A program made the translations under genes and the position numbers. A model generated the notes under the pieces. That model made no database searches. It saw nothing but the letters and a program-made list of their open reading frames with translations, and was not told the DNA's origin. A stretch of 64,000 bases of DNA, from the NCBI GenBank assembly GCA_963762145.1, contig CAVXJS010000021.1, forward strand, positions 1,162,671 through 1,226,670. The letters run 5' to 3'. This document shows positions 12,026 through 23,679 of the stretch, piece after piece; position 1 is the first letter of the stretch, and the number at the start of each line of letters is the position of its first letter. This stretch comes from an uncultured Candidatus Rokubacteria bacterium (GTDB taxonomy: Bacteria > Methylomirabilota > Methylomirabilia > Rokubacteriales > CSP1-6).

Positions 12026-14656
12026 TCAATCCTTTCGCGACGTTGTCGTCGATGGCGGCCCGGCCTGGGCCGCGGCGGTGGGGTCCCCGAGCCTCATTGT
12101 GGTGAAGCGGCCCCAGGCCTTGACGGCCTCCAGCAGGGCCACGGGCCACAGCACGCCCAGCGCCAGAACGAGCCAGTCGGCGCCGGTGAGGGACTTGGTG
12201 CCGAGCAGGCGGGCCAGTGGCGCCCATGTGATCGCGAGCCACTGGAGCGCGAAGAGGGCCGCCAGCGACAGCGGGATCCATGGATTGGGCCGAAGCTGCC
12301 ACCAGTTGAGCCGCTCCGACCGACAGCTCATGGCCTGGAACGGATGGATCAGCACCAGCGCCATGAAGGCCATGGTGCTGGCCGACGCCCCTGGACCATC
12401 CCGCCAGACCGTCCAGAAATAGATGCTGAGCACCCCGGCCGCCAGCAGTGCGCCCTCGCCAAGGATGCGCGCGCCTGACTGCCAAGTGACCAGCGCCTCG
12501 GCGGGATCGCGAGGGCGGCGCCGCATGGCATCGTCGTCCGCCGGATCCCGGATCAGGGCGGTCGCGGGCAGGATGTCGGTGACCAGGTTCACCCAGAGGA
12601 TCTGCAGGGGCAGGAGCGGCGTGGGATAGCCGAGCAGGATGGCCACGAAGATGGTGAGGATCTCGGAGAGATTGCATGAGAAGAGGAAGCGGATGACCTT
12701 CCGGAGATTGGCGTAGATCACGCGGCCTTCCCGCACCGCCTCGACGATGGTCGCGAAGTTGTCGTCGAGAAGCACCAGATCGGCCGACTCTCGTGCCACG
12801 TCGGTGCCGCGCCGGCCCATCGCCACCCCGATATCCGCGCGGACGAGCGCCGGCGCATCGTTGACGCCGTCCCCGGTCATGGCCACGATCTCACCCCGAG
12901 CCTGCAGCTCAGCCACCAGCTCGAGCTTGCCCTCCGGACTGACCCGGCTCCGGATCGCCTCCGGCTCGAGGCCGAGCTGACGCCCCACCGTCAGGGCAGT
13001 GAGCTCCTGGTCGCCGGTGAGCATGATTGTTCGGATGCCGGCCTCTCGACAGGCCGCGATGGCGTCCGCCACCCCCGAACGCACCGGATCCACGAATCCG
13101 ACGAGGCCGAGGAACGTGAGCTCCTCCACGGTCGCGTCCTCGATCGACGGGACCGAGCGCCACGCGAACGCAAGCACGCGAAAGCCCTCGCGAGCCAGGT
13201 CCCGGTTTTCCTCGAGCAGGCGAACCCGATCCTCGTCGGTCAGCGCGACCGGGCCCGCGGCCGTGTGATAACGCGTTACCCGCTCCACGATCACGCCGGG
13301 GGCGCCCTTGGCCAGGAGCACCGGCCCGGCGCCCGGCATCACATGGAAGGTCGCCATCATACGCGTCGCCGGGTCGAACGGGATCTCGCGGTGACGGGGC
13401 CAGGCCCGTGCCAGGTCGGCCGGATCGAGCCCAGCCTTGCCCGCTGCCACCAGCAGGGCCGACTCGGTCGGATCGCCAAGGAGATGAAGCCCGTCGGGCG
13501 CGGCCCGGAGGCTCGCGTCGTTGCACAACGCCGCCGCGGTGAGCAGCAGCGCGAGATGCGGATCGCCGAGCGGGGTGACGACGCGGCCGGCTTCGTCCGC
13601 GAAGCTTCCCGCGGTCGAGCGTCCGCCCCCGCTCACCGTGATTCGACGCCCGCCGAACCGGAGCGCGGTCACCGTCATCTGGTTCTCGGTCATGGTGCCG
13701 GTCTTGTCCGCGCAGATCACGGTGGCCGATCCCAGCGTCTCCACCGCGGCCAGCCGACGGACGAGTGCGCCGCGGCGCGCGAGGCGCCAGAGGCCGGTGG
13801 CGAGCGCGAGCGAGACCACCGCCGGCAGCCCCTCGGGCACGGCGGCGACGGCCAGGCTTATCGCGGTCTCGAGCATCAACCCCACCGGCTCCCCGTGCAG
13901 GATGCCGGCCATGCCCACGACCGCGCAGATCCCGACCGCCAGCACGATCAGTCGCCGGCCCAGTGACTCCACCTGACCCTCGAGCGGCGTCGCACGCGAG
14001 CCGGCGGACGCCACCAGCCGACCGATCCGCCCGAGCTCCGTTGCGGGCCCGGTGGCGGTAACGAGGGCGACCGCGCTGCCGGACAGGATCGTGGTGCCGA
14101 GGTAGAGCATGTTCGCGCGCTCGGCCAGCGGGGTATCGGGCCCCGACGGCGCGGCGGCGTCCTTCCAGACGGCCGCGCTCTCGCCGGTCAGAGTGGATTC
14201 GTTCACCTGCAAGGCCGCGGCCCGCAGCAGCCGTGCGTCCGCGGGCACCGCCGTCCCGGCATCCAGGATGAGCACATCCCCGGGCACGAGCTCCGCGGTA
14301 GCGATCCGGGTCACGTACCCGTCGCGCCGGACCACCGCCTGAGACACCACGAGCGCGCGCAGCCTGGCCAGCGACAGCCGGGCGCGCCACTCGGAGCCGA
14401 AGCCGATGGCCGCGTTCAGCACGAGCGCGACGAGGATCGCCACGGCCTCGGCCCGTTCGCCCAGCGCCCACGCGATGCCGGAGGCGGCGAGCAGCAGCAG
14501 GACCACGAGGCTCCGGAACTGGCCGAGTGCCAGCTGCCACAGCGGCACCTCGGCCTGTTCGGCGACACGATTGGGGCCGAGCTCGCGAAGACGGCGCCGG
14601 GCCTCGAGCGTCGTGAGTCCTGCTTCGGCGGCGGGGGCCGTCGCGGTGTCGCTCAC
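12026..14656 (-). CDS. Cation-transporting P-type ATPase (type IIA, CtpF-like)
   Basis: TGES, PEGLP, DKTGT, KGAP, TGDGVNDAPAL, LQILWVNLVTD. Confidence 0.95.
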   Translation of the reverse strand: MSDTATAPAAEAGLTTLEARRRLRELGPNRVAEQAEVPLWQLALGQFRSLVVLLLLAASGIAWALGERAEAVAILVALVLNAAIGFGSEWRARLSLARLRALVVSQAVVRRDGYVTRIATAELVPGDVLILDAGTAVPADARLLRAAALQVNESTLTGESAAVWKDAAAPSGPDTPLAERANMLYLGTTILSGSAVALVTATGPATELGRIGRLVASAGSRATPLEGQVESLGRRLIVLAVGICAVVGMAGILHGEPVGLMLETAISLAVAAVPEGLPAVVSLALATGLWRLARRGALVRRLAAVETLGSATVICADKTGTMTENQMTVTALRFGGRRITVSGGGRSTAGSFADEAGRVVTPLGDPHLALLLTAAALCNDASLRAAPDGLHLLGDPTESALLVAAGKAGLDPADLARAWPRHREIPFDPATRMMATFHVMPGAGPVLLAKGAPGVIVERVTRYHTAAGPVALTDEDRVRLLEENRDLAREGFRVLAFAWRSVPSIEDATVEELTFLGLVGFVDPVRSGVADAIAACREAGIRTIMLTGDQELTALTVGRQLGLEPEAIRSRVSPEGKLELVAELQARGEIVAMTGDGVNDAPALVRADIGVAMGRRGTDVARESADLVLLDDNFATIVEAVREGRVIYANLRKVIRFLFSCNLSEILTIFVAILLGYPTPLLPLQILWVNLVTDILPATALIRDPADDDAMRRRPRDPAEALVTWQSGARILGEGALLAAGVLSIYFWTVWRDGPGASASTMAFMALVLIHPFQAMSCRSERLNWWQLRPNPWIPLSLAALFALQWLAITWAPLARLLGTKSLTGADWLVLALGVLWPVALLEAVKAWGRFTTMRLGDPTAAAQAGPPSTTTSRKD

Positions 14657-14685
14657 CGGCGCGACCCGCTACAATGGGCGCGCCG

Positions 14686-15249
14686 ATGGCGGTTTACCCG
14701 AATGAGCTCGAGCGCGAGGTCACCTTGCCGGACGGATCGCGGCTGCACCTGCGTCCGATCCGCCCCGAGGACCAGAATCGGCTGAGCGCGTTCTATGACG
14801 GCCTGAGCCGTCATACCGCCTACCAGCGCTTCTTCGCGGTGATGAAACGCCTCCCGCCGGACTGGGCACACTTCCTCGCCAACGTGGACTACGACCGCCG
14901 GCTCGCCCTGCTCGCCGAGCACGGCCTCCCGGAGGCCCCCGAGCTGGTCGGGGTAGCCCGCTACGAGCCCACCGACCACGCGGACACCGCCGAAATCGCC
15001 TTCGTGATCCAGGACGGCTGGCAGAATCGCGGCCTCGGCACCCTCATGCTCGACGCGCTGCTCGCCGCGGCCGAGGCGCGCGGGATCCGGCGTTTCCGCG
15101 CGTACGTGCTGGCCGGCAACGCGCGCATGATCGACCTGCTCGTGCGCTTCACGGACATCCAGGAGCGCGTCACGCAGAGCGGCGTCACCGAGCTGCTGCT
15201 GACGCGGCGCCCCGTTCCGGCGCCGCGTCAGGGCGGCAGAACGCCGTAG
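14686..15249 (+). CDS. Stand-alone GNAT (Pat/acyl-CoA synthetase-type acetyltransferase domain)
   Basis: YPNELER..LPDGSRLHLRPIRPED, AEIAFVIQDGWQNRGLGT, NARM. Confidence 0.85.
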   Translation: MAVYPNELEREVTLPDGSRLHLRPIRPEDQNRLSAFYDGLSRHTAYQRFFAVMKRLPPDWAHFLANVDYDRRLALLAEHGLPEAPELVGVARYEPTDHADTAEIAFVIQDGWQNRGLGTLMLDALLAAAEARGIRRFRAYVLAGNARMIDLLVRFTDIQERVTQSGVTELLLTRRPVPAPRQGGRTP

Positions 15250-15293
15250 AGATACCGGGCCAGCCGGGCTCAACAAGCCCCGGCCAGACACCG

Positions 15294-15752
15294 TCATGGG
15301 TACGAGACGATGACCTCCGCGCACTCCGGGACGGTCGTCGCCTCGGGCGTGCCGAGCCGGCGGAGGATGTCGATTTCCGTGAGAATGCCGACCATCCGGC
15401 CATTCTCCATGGCTGGCAGGCACCCCACCCGGTGCTTCCGCATGATGTCCGCGGCCGCGCCGACGGTCGCACCAGCCTCGACCGTCACCACGTCGGTGGA
15501 CATGATCTCCGCGACACGCACCCCGTCGAGGAGGACGTCCACCGGCGTCAAGCTCAGCACCTCGAATACTCGTGGGGTGAACAGGTGGTGACGTAGATCA
15601 CGATCTGTGACGATTCCGACCAGCAGCCCGTCCCGGTTCACCACCGGAAGGTGCCGGACGCGAGCCCGCTGCATGCGCACGACCGCGTCCAGGCACGATT
15701 CCCGCGGCCCTATCGTCACCAGCTCGCGGCTCATCATCTCTTTGACCTGCAT
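15294..15752 (-). CDS. CBS-domain protein
   Basis: RHLPVV..GIVTDRDLR, VGCLP..GILTEIDIL. Confidence 0.88.
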   Translation of the reverse strand: MQVKEMMSRELVTIGPRESCLDAVVRMQRARVRHLPVVNRDGLLVGIVTDRDLRHHLFTPRVFEVLSLTPVDVLLDGVRVAEIMSTDVVTVEAGATVGAAADIMRKHRVGCLPAMENGRMVGILTEIDILRRLGTPEATTVPECAEVIVSYP

Positions 15753-15769
15753 GGCAGCCTCCTGCCGGC

Positions 15770-15862
15770 TCAGCGCCGGGTTCTCCACCAGACGAGCAGC
15801 GCGCCCAGCAGGACGACGACGCCGAGCGCAATGACCCAGGTGTCACGAATTGGCTCGATCAC
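15770..15862 (-). CDS. Unannotated 30-aa single-pass membrane peptide
   Basis: GTG overlaps the upstream TGA; MIEPIRDTWVIALGVVVLLGALLVWWRTRR*; fills the operon gap. Confidence 0.6.
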   Translation of the reverse strand: MIEPIRDTWVIALGVVVLLGALLVWWRTRR

Positions 15863-16239
15863 GGCGCCCGGGTCCCCGCCCCATCGACGATGGAGCGGAT
15901 CGCCGCCAGCAGCACCGAGGCCGCGAAGGGCTTGGCGAGAAACGCGGTGGCACCGGCCGCAAGGGCCGCCCGCCGGGTCTCATCGGACGGATAGCCGGTG
16001 ACCACCAGGACCGGCACCGGATCGCGCGCGGCGCAGGCGGCCCGAACCACGTCGAGGCCGTCGCCGTCCGGCAGCCGGAGATCCGAGATGACGAGATGGG
16101 GTGGCTCGACCGCCAATGCCGCCAGGCCTGCGTCGCGGGACGTGGCCGTGACCACTTCATAACCCTGGCGCCCGAGCAGCCGCTCGTAGGTGGTCAGAAA
16201 ATCGGCCTCATCGTCGACCACCAGCACGCGCCGGCGCAT
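15859..16239 (-). CDS. Single-domain response regulator (receiver)
   Basis: VLVVDDE, ISDLRLPDGDG, VTG, KPF; alternative GTG start at 16248. Confidence 0.9.
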   Translation of the reverse strand: MRRRVLVVDDEADFLTTYERLLGRQGYEVVTATSRDAGLAALAVEPPHLVISDLRLPDGDGLDVVRAACAARDPVPVLVVTGYPSDETRRAALAAGATAFLAKPFAASVLLAAIRSIVDGAGTRAP

Positions 16240-16244
16240 GGGGT

Positions 16245-17354
16245 TCACGTCGGGATCGTCCGGCCGGCCAGATGCCGGATCATCGAGAGCACCCGCTCCG
16301 CGGCGGCGTGCGTGTCGTACACGTCGGTCCGGATGGCCAGATCGGGCCGCGTCGCCTCTTCGTAATCGAGGACGATGTCGGGGTTGGCGGAGGCCGGACC
16401 CGTCGGCTCGAATGTCAGGCCCCAGCGGACGGCGCGCTCCCGCTCGAGGCACACCTCGGTCGGGCACAGGAGCTGGATCTCCGCGAAGCAGGGAATCAGG
16501 GCGCGGGCCGCTTCGCGCCAGACCCGCCGCGGAGCCGTCGCGTCCACGATGACCGACACCCCGGCATCGGTCAGGAGCTTGGCGGTGTAAGCGAGCGCGC
16601 GGTAGACAAGATCCTGCTCGGCCTCGTCCCCCGTCACGGCGCCGAGCAGGACGCGCTGCACCGGGCCCAGCTCCAGCAGGCGGACGCGGGCGCCCCGCTC
16701 GCGCAGCGCGTCGGCCACCCGCGCGGCGAGCGTGCTCTTACCGCTGCCTGGCCGCCCGGTGATCCAGATCGCCCAGCTCGGTTCTCGCTCCGCGGCCCGA
16801 GCGGAGGCGCCGCCGCTGGCACGGACGAGCCGGTCGGCCAGGCGCACGACCTGGGCCACGGACTCTCCGACCGTGTGCACGCTGGTGTCGATCAGGAGTT
16901 CGGGAGCCAGGGCGGATTCGTAGGCCACGTCCACTCCCGGCACGGTCGCGCCGGGGCGTCCGGCTTGCTGGTAGATGTTCCGGGGGGCGTGCCCCGGGGC
17001 CCGCTCTCGCTCGCGCTCCTGGCAGATCGCGAGTGGGCAGACGAGCTGCACCTCCGCGAAGTGTGGCACCGCGTCGCGCACGAGGTCACGCCAGACTCGC
17101 CGGTGGGCGGTCGCGTCGACGAGGACCGGCGTGCCGGTCTCGACGAGGAGCGCGGCCATGTAGCCCAGAGCCCGGTAGACGACCTCGCGCTCGCGATCCG
17201 TGTATCGCGGAGCGGGGGTGATGCTCTCGCGGATCTCATCGAGCTCGAGGCGCACGACCGGCCGCCCGAGCGCGCGAAGCTCCGCCTCCACCCCCCGGGC
17301 GATCGCCGACTTCCCGCTGCCCGGAGGACCCGTGATCCAGATGGCCCAGCTCAT
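16245..17354 (-). CDS. Tandem adenylyl-sulfate-kinase-like P-loop kinase (two domains)
   Basis: WAIWITGPPGSGKS and WAIWITGRPGSGKS; each domain has VxVDATA and FAEV/IQL.CP. Confidence 0.8.
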   Translation of the reverse strand: MSWAIWITGPPGSGKSAIARGVEAELRALGRPVVRLELDEIRESITPAPRYTDREREVVYRALGYMAALLVETGTPVLVDATAHRRVWRDLVRDAVPHFAEVQLVCPLAICQERERERAPGHAPRNIYQQAGRPGATVPGVDVAYESALAPELLIDTSVHTVGESVAQVVRLADRLVRASGGASARAAEREPSWAIWITGRPGSGKSTLAARVADALRERGARVRLLELGPVQRVLLGAVTGDEAEQDLVYRALAYTAKLLTDAGVSVIVDATAPRRVWREAARALIPCFAEIQLLCPTEVCLERERAVRWGLTFEPTGPASANPDIVLDYEEATRPDLAIRTDVYDTHAAAERVLSMIRHLAGRTIPT

Positions 17355-18452
17355 GCGACGCCGCCGAGCAGCTCCGGCACGCAGTCCGGAGTGAGGGCGC
17401 CGCCAGCCATCACGGACCGCGCGAATCCGAACAGCGCTTCGCGAGTCCCGCGGGCCAGCGCGGGGTACCAGCGCGGATGCCCGATGACCAGCGCGCGGAA
17501 GGCGAAAAACGGGGGTATCACCTCGAACAGCTCCTGGTCGTTCGACACGTCGGCGTACTCGTCGAGGAACGCGCGGAAGAGCGTGACGAACGGCTCGGCC
17601 ACTCCGCGGCGGGTCTCGAGGGCGGCTCTTCCGGAGCCCGAAGAAAAGATAGTTGATCGCGAGCGCGCTCACGTCGTCGGCCGGCTCGCCCCACTCCCCC
17701 CGGCTCCGGTCCAGCGCCGTGAACTCGGTTCCCTCGCCGAACAGGAGGTTCCACGGGTGAAAATCGCCATGCACGCAGGCCAGCCGATGGGCCCGGCCGC
17801 GCAGACGCCAGCGCCAGGAGACCGCGTCGTGCTCGAGGGCCTCGCAAACGTCCGGCGGCAGCAGCGCATAGGGATGGGGGTAGCTATCGAGGATCCCCAT
17901 CAGACACTCGCCGTGCCCCACCAGCTCCCGAATCCGGCGCTCGTATAGGGTGGGTTCGTCCCGCCGGGTGGCGTGGGCGCGCGCGAGAAAGGTGCCGAGG
18001 GTCCGCGCCCGGGCGACGTCGAGGGGCCGCACCGGCTCCCTCAGGAGGCGATCGAGATCGAGCCAGTAGAGCGCGCCTTCCGCCTTCTCCACGAGCTGGA
18101 AGAACTCGGTGGCGTCGCCGACCGAGACCATCGCGCCCGACTTCCTCACGAACCCGACGTCCAGACTGCGGACGTGCGCGGGGAAGGTATTGTAGGCGCG
18201 GTGGCCGTAGAGCGCCTGCCACGCGCGATCCTCCGGGTAGTCATGACCGAAGCCCTGCGCGGCCCGGGTGCGCGCCACTACCAGGCTCCGGACGGCGCCG
18301 CTCACCACGCATTCCACCTCGAACGGCACCCCGTACCCGAAACCCTTCGGATCCCGCCCCTCCGCATCGGGCCCGCCCAGCGGACGCAGGCCAAGGATCT
18401 CCACCGGCCCTGCGAAGACGGAGGCCAGATACGCGGAGAGGGCGGCTTCCAC
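17351..18452 (-). CDS. Aminoglycoside phosphotransferase-like kinase, frameshift near 17610
   Basis: VHGDFHPWNLLF, LDRSRGEWGEPADD; C-terminus (FFAFRALVIGHPRWYP) in another frame. Confidence 0.8.
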
Positions 18453-18456
18453 GCGG

Positions 18457-18903
18457 CTACTTTCCCCTGACGGTGAGGACCGGACAGGGCGACACGGCCA
18501 GGACCCGGCTCGCGACGCTTCCGAGGAAGAGTTTCGCAAAGCCCGTCCGTCCATGCGTGCCGATGACAACCATGTCGGCCTTCCTGGATCGGGCGGTCTG
18601 GGCGATGCGCTCGTGCGGCACGCCTTCGAGCAGCAGCCCCTTGACGCGGACACCCGCCTGCTTGGCCTTCCCGATCAGCGCGGTGAGGTGCTTCTGTCCG
18701 TCGGCGCGTGTGGCGTTCGCCATGTCCTCATAGACCTGCGGCGAGAGGTAGCCGTCGGCCATCATGGGGATGGCGGGGGTCAGGACGTGGACGAGCAGCA
18801 ACTCGGCGCGGTTGCCCTTGGCCATCTCCACCGCGCGCTTGTAGGCGGCCGACGAGGCCTTGGAGAAGTCCGTGGGGTGCAGGATGCGTCGGATGCGGCT
18901 CAT
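18457..18903 (-). CDS. Universal stress protein
   Basis: [27 protein letters not shown]. Confidence 0.93.
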   Translation of the reverse strand: MSRIRRILHPTDFSKASSAAYKRAVEMAKGNRAELLLVHVLTPAIPMMADGYLSPQVYEDMANATRADGQKHLTALIGKAKQAGVRVKGLLLEGVPHERIAQTARSRKADMVVIGTHGRTGFAKLFLGSVASRVLAVSPCPVLTVRGK

Positions 18904-19409
18904 CGCAGGGCCTCCGTTCGGGTAGTGGGTTGAGTTTTCTCGGCCGGCCGCGCTTCCCCCTGACCGGCGGGGGCCTCCACGGGCGCGCTCGAAGGCCGGA
19001 CCAGGAGGATCGGCACCCGGGTCCCTCGCAGGACGGATTCCGCGACGCTGCCGAAGATGATCCGCCCGAGTCCGCTACGGCCATGCGTGCTCATCACGAT
19101 CAGGTCGACCTTCTGGACCTTGGCCGCCTCGACGACCGCCGGGGCCGCCGGCCCGTACCAGACGTGCGTCTCGACTCCCTTCGCGCCCGTCTTCTCGAGC
19201 CGTGCCTTCACCGCGGCCAGGTAGTCCTCCGCCTCGCGCACCGCCTGGATCTGGGCGCCGATCACATCGGCCCCGGGCAGGATTCGCGCATCGGCGGCCC
19301 GAATCAGGATGAGGGACGAGCCGGCCTGCGCCATCTCCCGCGCCGGGGCGATTGCGGCCTCGGCCATCTCCGAACCATCGAGCGGAACCAGGATCTTGTT
19401 GGCTTTCAT
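18900..19409 (-). CDS. Universal stress protein
   Basis: KILVPLDGS, MSTHGRSGLGRIIFGSVAE. Confidence 0.93.
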   Translation of the reverse strand: MKANKILVPLDGSEMAEAAIAPAREMAQAGSSLILIRAADARILPGADVIGAQIQAVREAEDYLAAVKARLEKTGAKGVETHVWYGPAAPAVVEAAKVQKVDLIVMSTHGRSGLGRIIFGSVAESVLRGTRVPILLVRPSSAPVEAPAGQGEARPAEKTQPTTRTEALR

Positions 19410-19433
19410 CGTGTCCTCCTTGGCACGGGGAAT

Positions 19434-19449
19434 AGCAACGGCGGTGCCA
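19434..19449 (-). promoter_or_regulatory. sigma-54 promoter for usp-usp-APH-kinase-RR operon
   Basis: TGGCACCGCCGTTGCT. Confidence 0.85.
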
Positions 19450-19544
19450 CCGGAGAAAAACAAGAAAACCAGAGGGTTGCAGCGTCGGGCACACCGATAG
19501 TTGAGGCAGCGCCTCCCCGCTGGGGCAACGGCGCCCCGGTGCGG

Positions 19545-20945
<1,401 letters not shown>

Positions 20946-21130
20946 CTGGCTCCCGGAATCATCGCCGAGAACCCTATTCAGATCAAATCCCCTAGAATGC
21001 CGCGCTGATGCGGTCGCGCACATCCGGCAGCCACGCACTCGGCGGGGCGCGGCCGCCCCGAACCGAGGTTGCTATGCCCCACCGGGCTCACAAGTCCTGT
21101 CCAATACCCTGATTTTGCTCTCGTGTATTC

Positions 21131-21146
21131 CGGCACGCTCGGTGCA
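21131..21146 (+). promoter_or_regulatory. sigma-54 promoter
   Basis: CGGCACGCTCGGTGCA (GG-N10-GC) about 50 bp before RBS/ATG 21195. Confidence 0.6.
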
Positions 21147-21194
21147 CGGGTCCGGCCCGGCTGCACACAACCACGGCCTTACAGGAGAAACCAC

Positions 21195-21443
21195 ATGAGT
21201 ATCCCGATCTCGGATCCACCGCGGCACACGCCGAGGCCTGTTGCGGTATGGATCCTAGGCGTCCTCAGTGCCCTGCACGCGGCGGGAGCGTTCATCTTCG
21301 TGACGGCGGCCCGAACTCCAGCCAATGAGCTCGAAGGATTCGTGATGGGTTTAACCGCGTCGGTGCTCATGGTGGGCGCAATCGTTTCCTACAGCCTGGT
21401 CCGTCTCCGGGCTGAAATCCGGAATTCACCGCCGCGCCGGTGA
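21195..21443 (+). CDS. Small 2-TM membrane protein
   Basis: RBS AGGAGA; two hydrophobic segments; GTGA coupling to the transporter. Confidence 0.65.
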   Translation: MSIPISDPPRHTPRPVAVWILGVLSALHAAGAFIFVTAARTPANELEGFVMGLTASVLMVGAIVSYSLVRLRAEIRNSPPRR

Positions 21444-22801
21444 GACCCGAGCGCTGGACGAGCCGCGCCGGTTTCATCTTCGCCGCAATGGGCTCGGCGA
21501 TCGGTCTAGGCAGTATCTGGAAGTTTCCGTACGAGGTCGGCACAAACGGCGGCGGCGCTTTCGTCGTTTTCTACTTGCTTGGGCTCGGGCTGATCGTCTT
21601 CCCACTGATGCTCATCGAGTTCGCGATCGGACGGCGCGGCCGTTCCCACGCGGTCGGCAGCATCACCGCGGTCGCGATCTCGAGCGGGGCCTCACGTTTC
21701 TGGGCCATCATCGGCGTCGTGGGGGTGGTCGGTGCGGTCGTCATCCTGAGCTTCTATTCCGTGATCGGCGGCTGGGCGCTCGCCTACGTGGTCGACACGA
21801 TCCGAGACGGGCTCCCGGGCGCATCGGCCCGAGTCGTACAGGCCCGCTTCGACGCGGTGCTCGCGTCCCCTCTGCACATGGCCGTCTACCACACGCTCTT
21901 CATGGCAGTCACCGCGGTCATAGTCGCCCGCGGGATCGCGGGCGGGATCGAGCGCGTGTCTCTCTATCTCATGCCGATCCTGATTGTCCTCGTCGTCGTT
22001 CTGGCGAGCTACTCCACCATCCAGGGAGACACGTCGGCCGCGCTGCGCTTCCTTTTCGCGTTCGACGTAGAGCGCCTGTCTCCCCGGGTTGCGCTCGAGG
22101 CCTTGGGGCTGGGTTTCTTCTCGATCGGCGTCGGCCTCTCGGTCATGATCACCTATGCGGCCTACGCGGGTACCGAGTTCGATCTGCGGTCCGTGGCGAT
22201 CGTCACACTTCTGAGCGACACCGCCATCTCCTTCCTCGCGGGCATGGCGGTGTTCCCGATCGTCTTCGCCGAGCGGCTGGATCCCGCGAGTGGGCCAGGA
22301 CTGATGTTCGTGACCCTCCCGCTCGCGTTCGCCCGCATGCCGCTCGGGGAACCAGCCGGGATCGCGTTCTTCGTGTTGCTGACTCTCGCCGCACTGGCCT
22401 CTGCTCTTTCACTTCTCGAAATGCCGGTGTCCCTCGCCCACCGCTGGCTGGGCTGGTCGCGTCCGAGGGCCACCCTCGCCTCGGCGGTCGGTTGCTGGGC
22501 GCTCGGCCTTGCCACCGTGCTGTCCTTCAGCACGTGGTCTGCCTGGTATCCACTGGCGAGAATCCCTGGTCTCGCCACCGCGACCGCGTTCGAGTCCCTG
22601 GACTACGTGTCATCCAACGTGCTCTTGCCGCTTGGGGGCCTCGGCCTCGCAATTTTCGGGGGCTGGATCGTCCAGTCCGATGCGCTCGCCAGGGAGCTTG
22701 GACTCGGCCCAGGCGCCCTCCGCGGGCTCACACTTGTCCTGCGCTACGTCGCTCCAATCGGAATCCTCGCGGCCAGCGTCGCCCCCTTCGTCCTGCGTTG
22801 A
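21440..22801 (+). CDS. Sodium-dependent transporter (NSS/SNF family)
   Basis: RWTSRAGFIFAAMGSAIGLGSIWKFPY, GPGLMFVTLP. Confidence 0.92.
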   Translation: MRPERWTSRAGFIFAAMGSAIGLGSIWKFPYEVGTNGGGAFVVFYLLGLGLIVFPLMLIEFAIGRRGRSHAVGSITAVAISSGASRFWAIIGVVGVVGAVVILSFYSVIGGWALAYVVDTIRDGLPGASARVVQARFDAVLASPLHMAVYHTLFMAVTAVIVARGIAGGIERVSLYLMPILIVLVVVLASYSTIQGDTSAALRFLFAFDVERLSPRVALEALGLGFFSIGVGLSVMITYAAYAGTEFDLRSVAIVTLLSDTAISFLAGMAVFPIVFAERLDPASGPGLMFVTLPLAFARMPLGEPAGIAFFVLLTLAALASALSLLEMPVSLAHRWLGWSRPRATLASAVGCWALGLATVLSFSTWSAWYPLARIPGLATATAFESLDYVSSNVLLPLGGLGLAIFGGWIVQSDALARELGLGPGALRGLTLVLRYVAPIGILAASVAPFVLR

Positions 22802-23242
22802 GGCTACCGTGTCCTATCGAGACACATCCCGCCAGGCGAAGTGAGGCATGGCATTCGAGACGAACAGCTCACGGGTCCCTCGGGCCGCGAATAAGGCGTG
22901 TCTACCTGGCACGACTTGTCTCAACACTCCAGTCGGCGACTCTGTGTGCGTCTCCTAGTGCCTTGTCGTTCCGCGCCTGGCGCTCGAGCGGCGCGGGGGC
23001 CGTGACCCTGTCCAGCTCGTTTTGGAAGCGGGTCTCGAGGCACGCCTCCGCGTTCCGCAGCTCGCCGTCCTTCTCGATCACGTCGGGGCGGCGCCAGTGG
23101 ACACTTTGGCTCGGACGGGTTCAGACTAGTGGGTAACTCAGTCAACGAGGGATTGAGCACTCTATTGGCTTAGCTTGGCTTTTTAGGCTGACCAACCCGG
23201 GCGACAATGTGCCTCAGCTATCACCCGACATGGAGGACCGCC

Positions 23243-23679
23243 ATGGCCGCTACCACCAGAGAAGCGATCCGTGAGTTGCTGCTACAGACCGCTTCCACGA
23301 TTGAAACACTGCTTCAGGCGTCTGATGGGGAGCTCTCGATGCCTTCGTCTCATGGGTGCGCTCAAGGGAAGGACGTGTGGACCCTCCTCACGAACGATAT
23401 CGATCACGAGAAGATACACACCGGGCGGGTTCTCGAATGTCGCTACGAGTCGAGGATCACGGCATCTCCGATGGAGCGCCTCGTGGCGGAGTGGCTCGTT
23501 GAGCGCGCGCGGTTTGTTGGATCACTGGTCGGACTAACCGATGAGCAGTTCAACAGCGAGAGCACGCCGGGGAGTGGACGTATCGAGTCATTGCCAAGCA
23601 CGTTCTGGCCTTGGAGCAAGACTCACTCAAGACGATGGCTGCGGACCAAGCGGTGAGAGCGACGCCGCCGGTGCGTTAG
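23243..23679 (+). CDS. DinB-like hypothetical protein, frameshift near 23572
   Basis: DHEKIH; LTDEQF..PG then (E)WTYRVIAKHVLALEQ in the shifted frame, ending TAG 23677-23679. Confidence 0.55.

Noticed and set aside
16245-18653. 802-aa APH-kinase 'fusion' ORF
   Set aside because: Produced by a frameshift near 17610; the APH C-terminus ends at TGA 17351, overlapping the kinase ATG
22900-23140. Minus-strand coding-like fragment and an IS-end-like sequence (GTGGACACTTTGG...GGGTTCA)
   Set aside because: No transposase, partner inverted repeat or target duplication found; cannot be assigned
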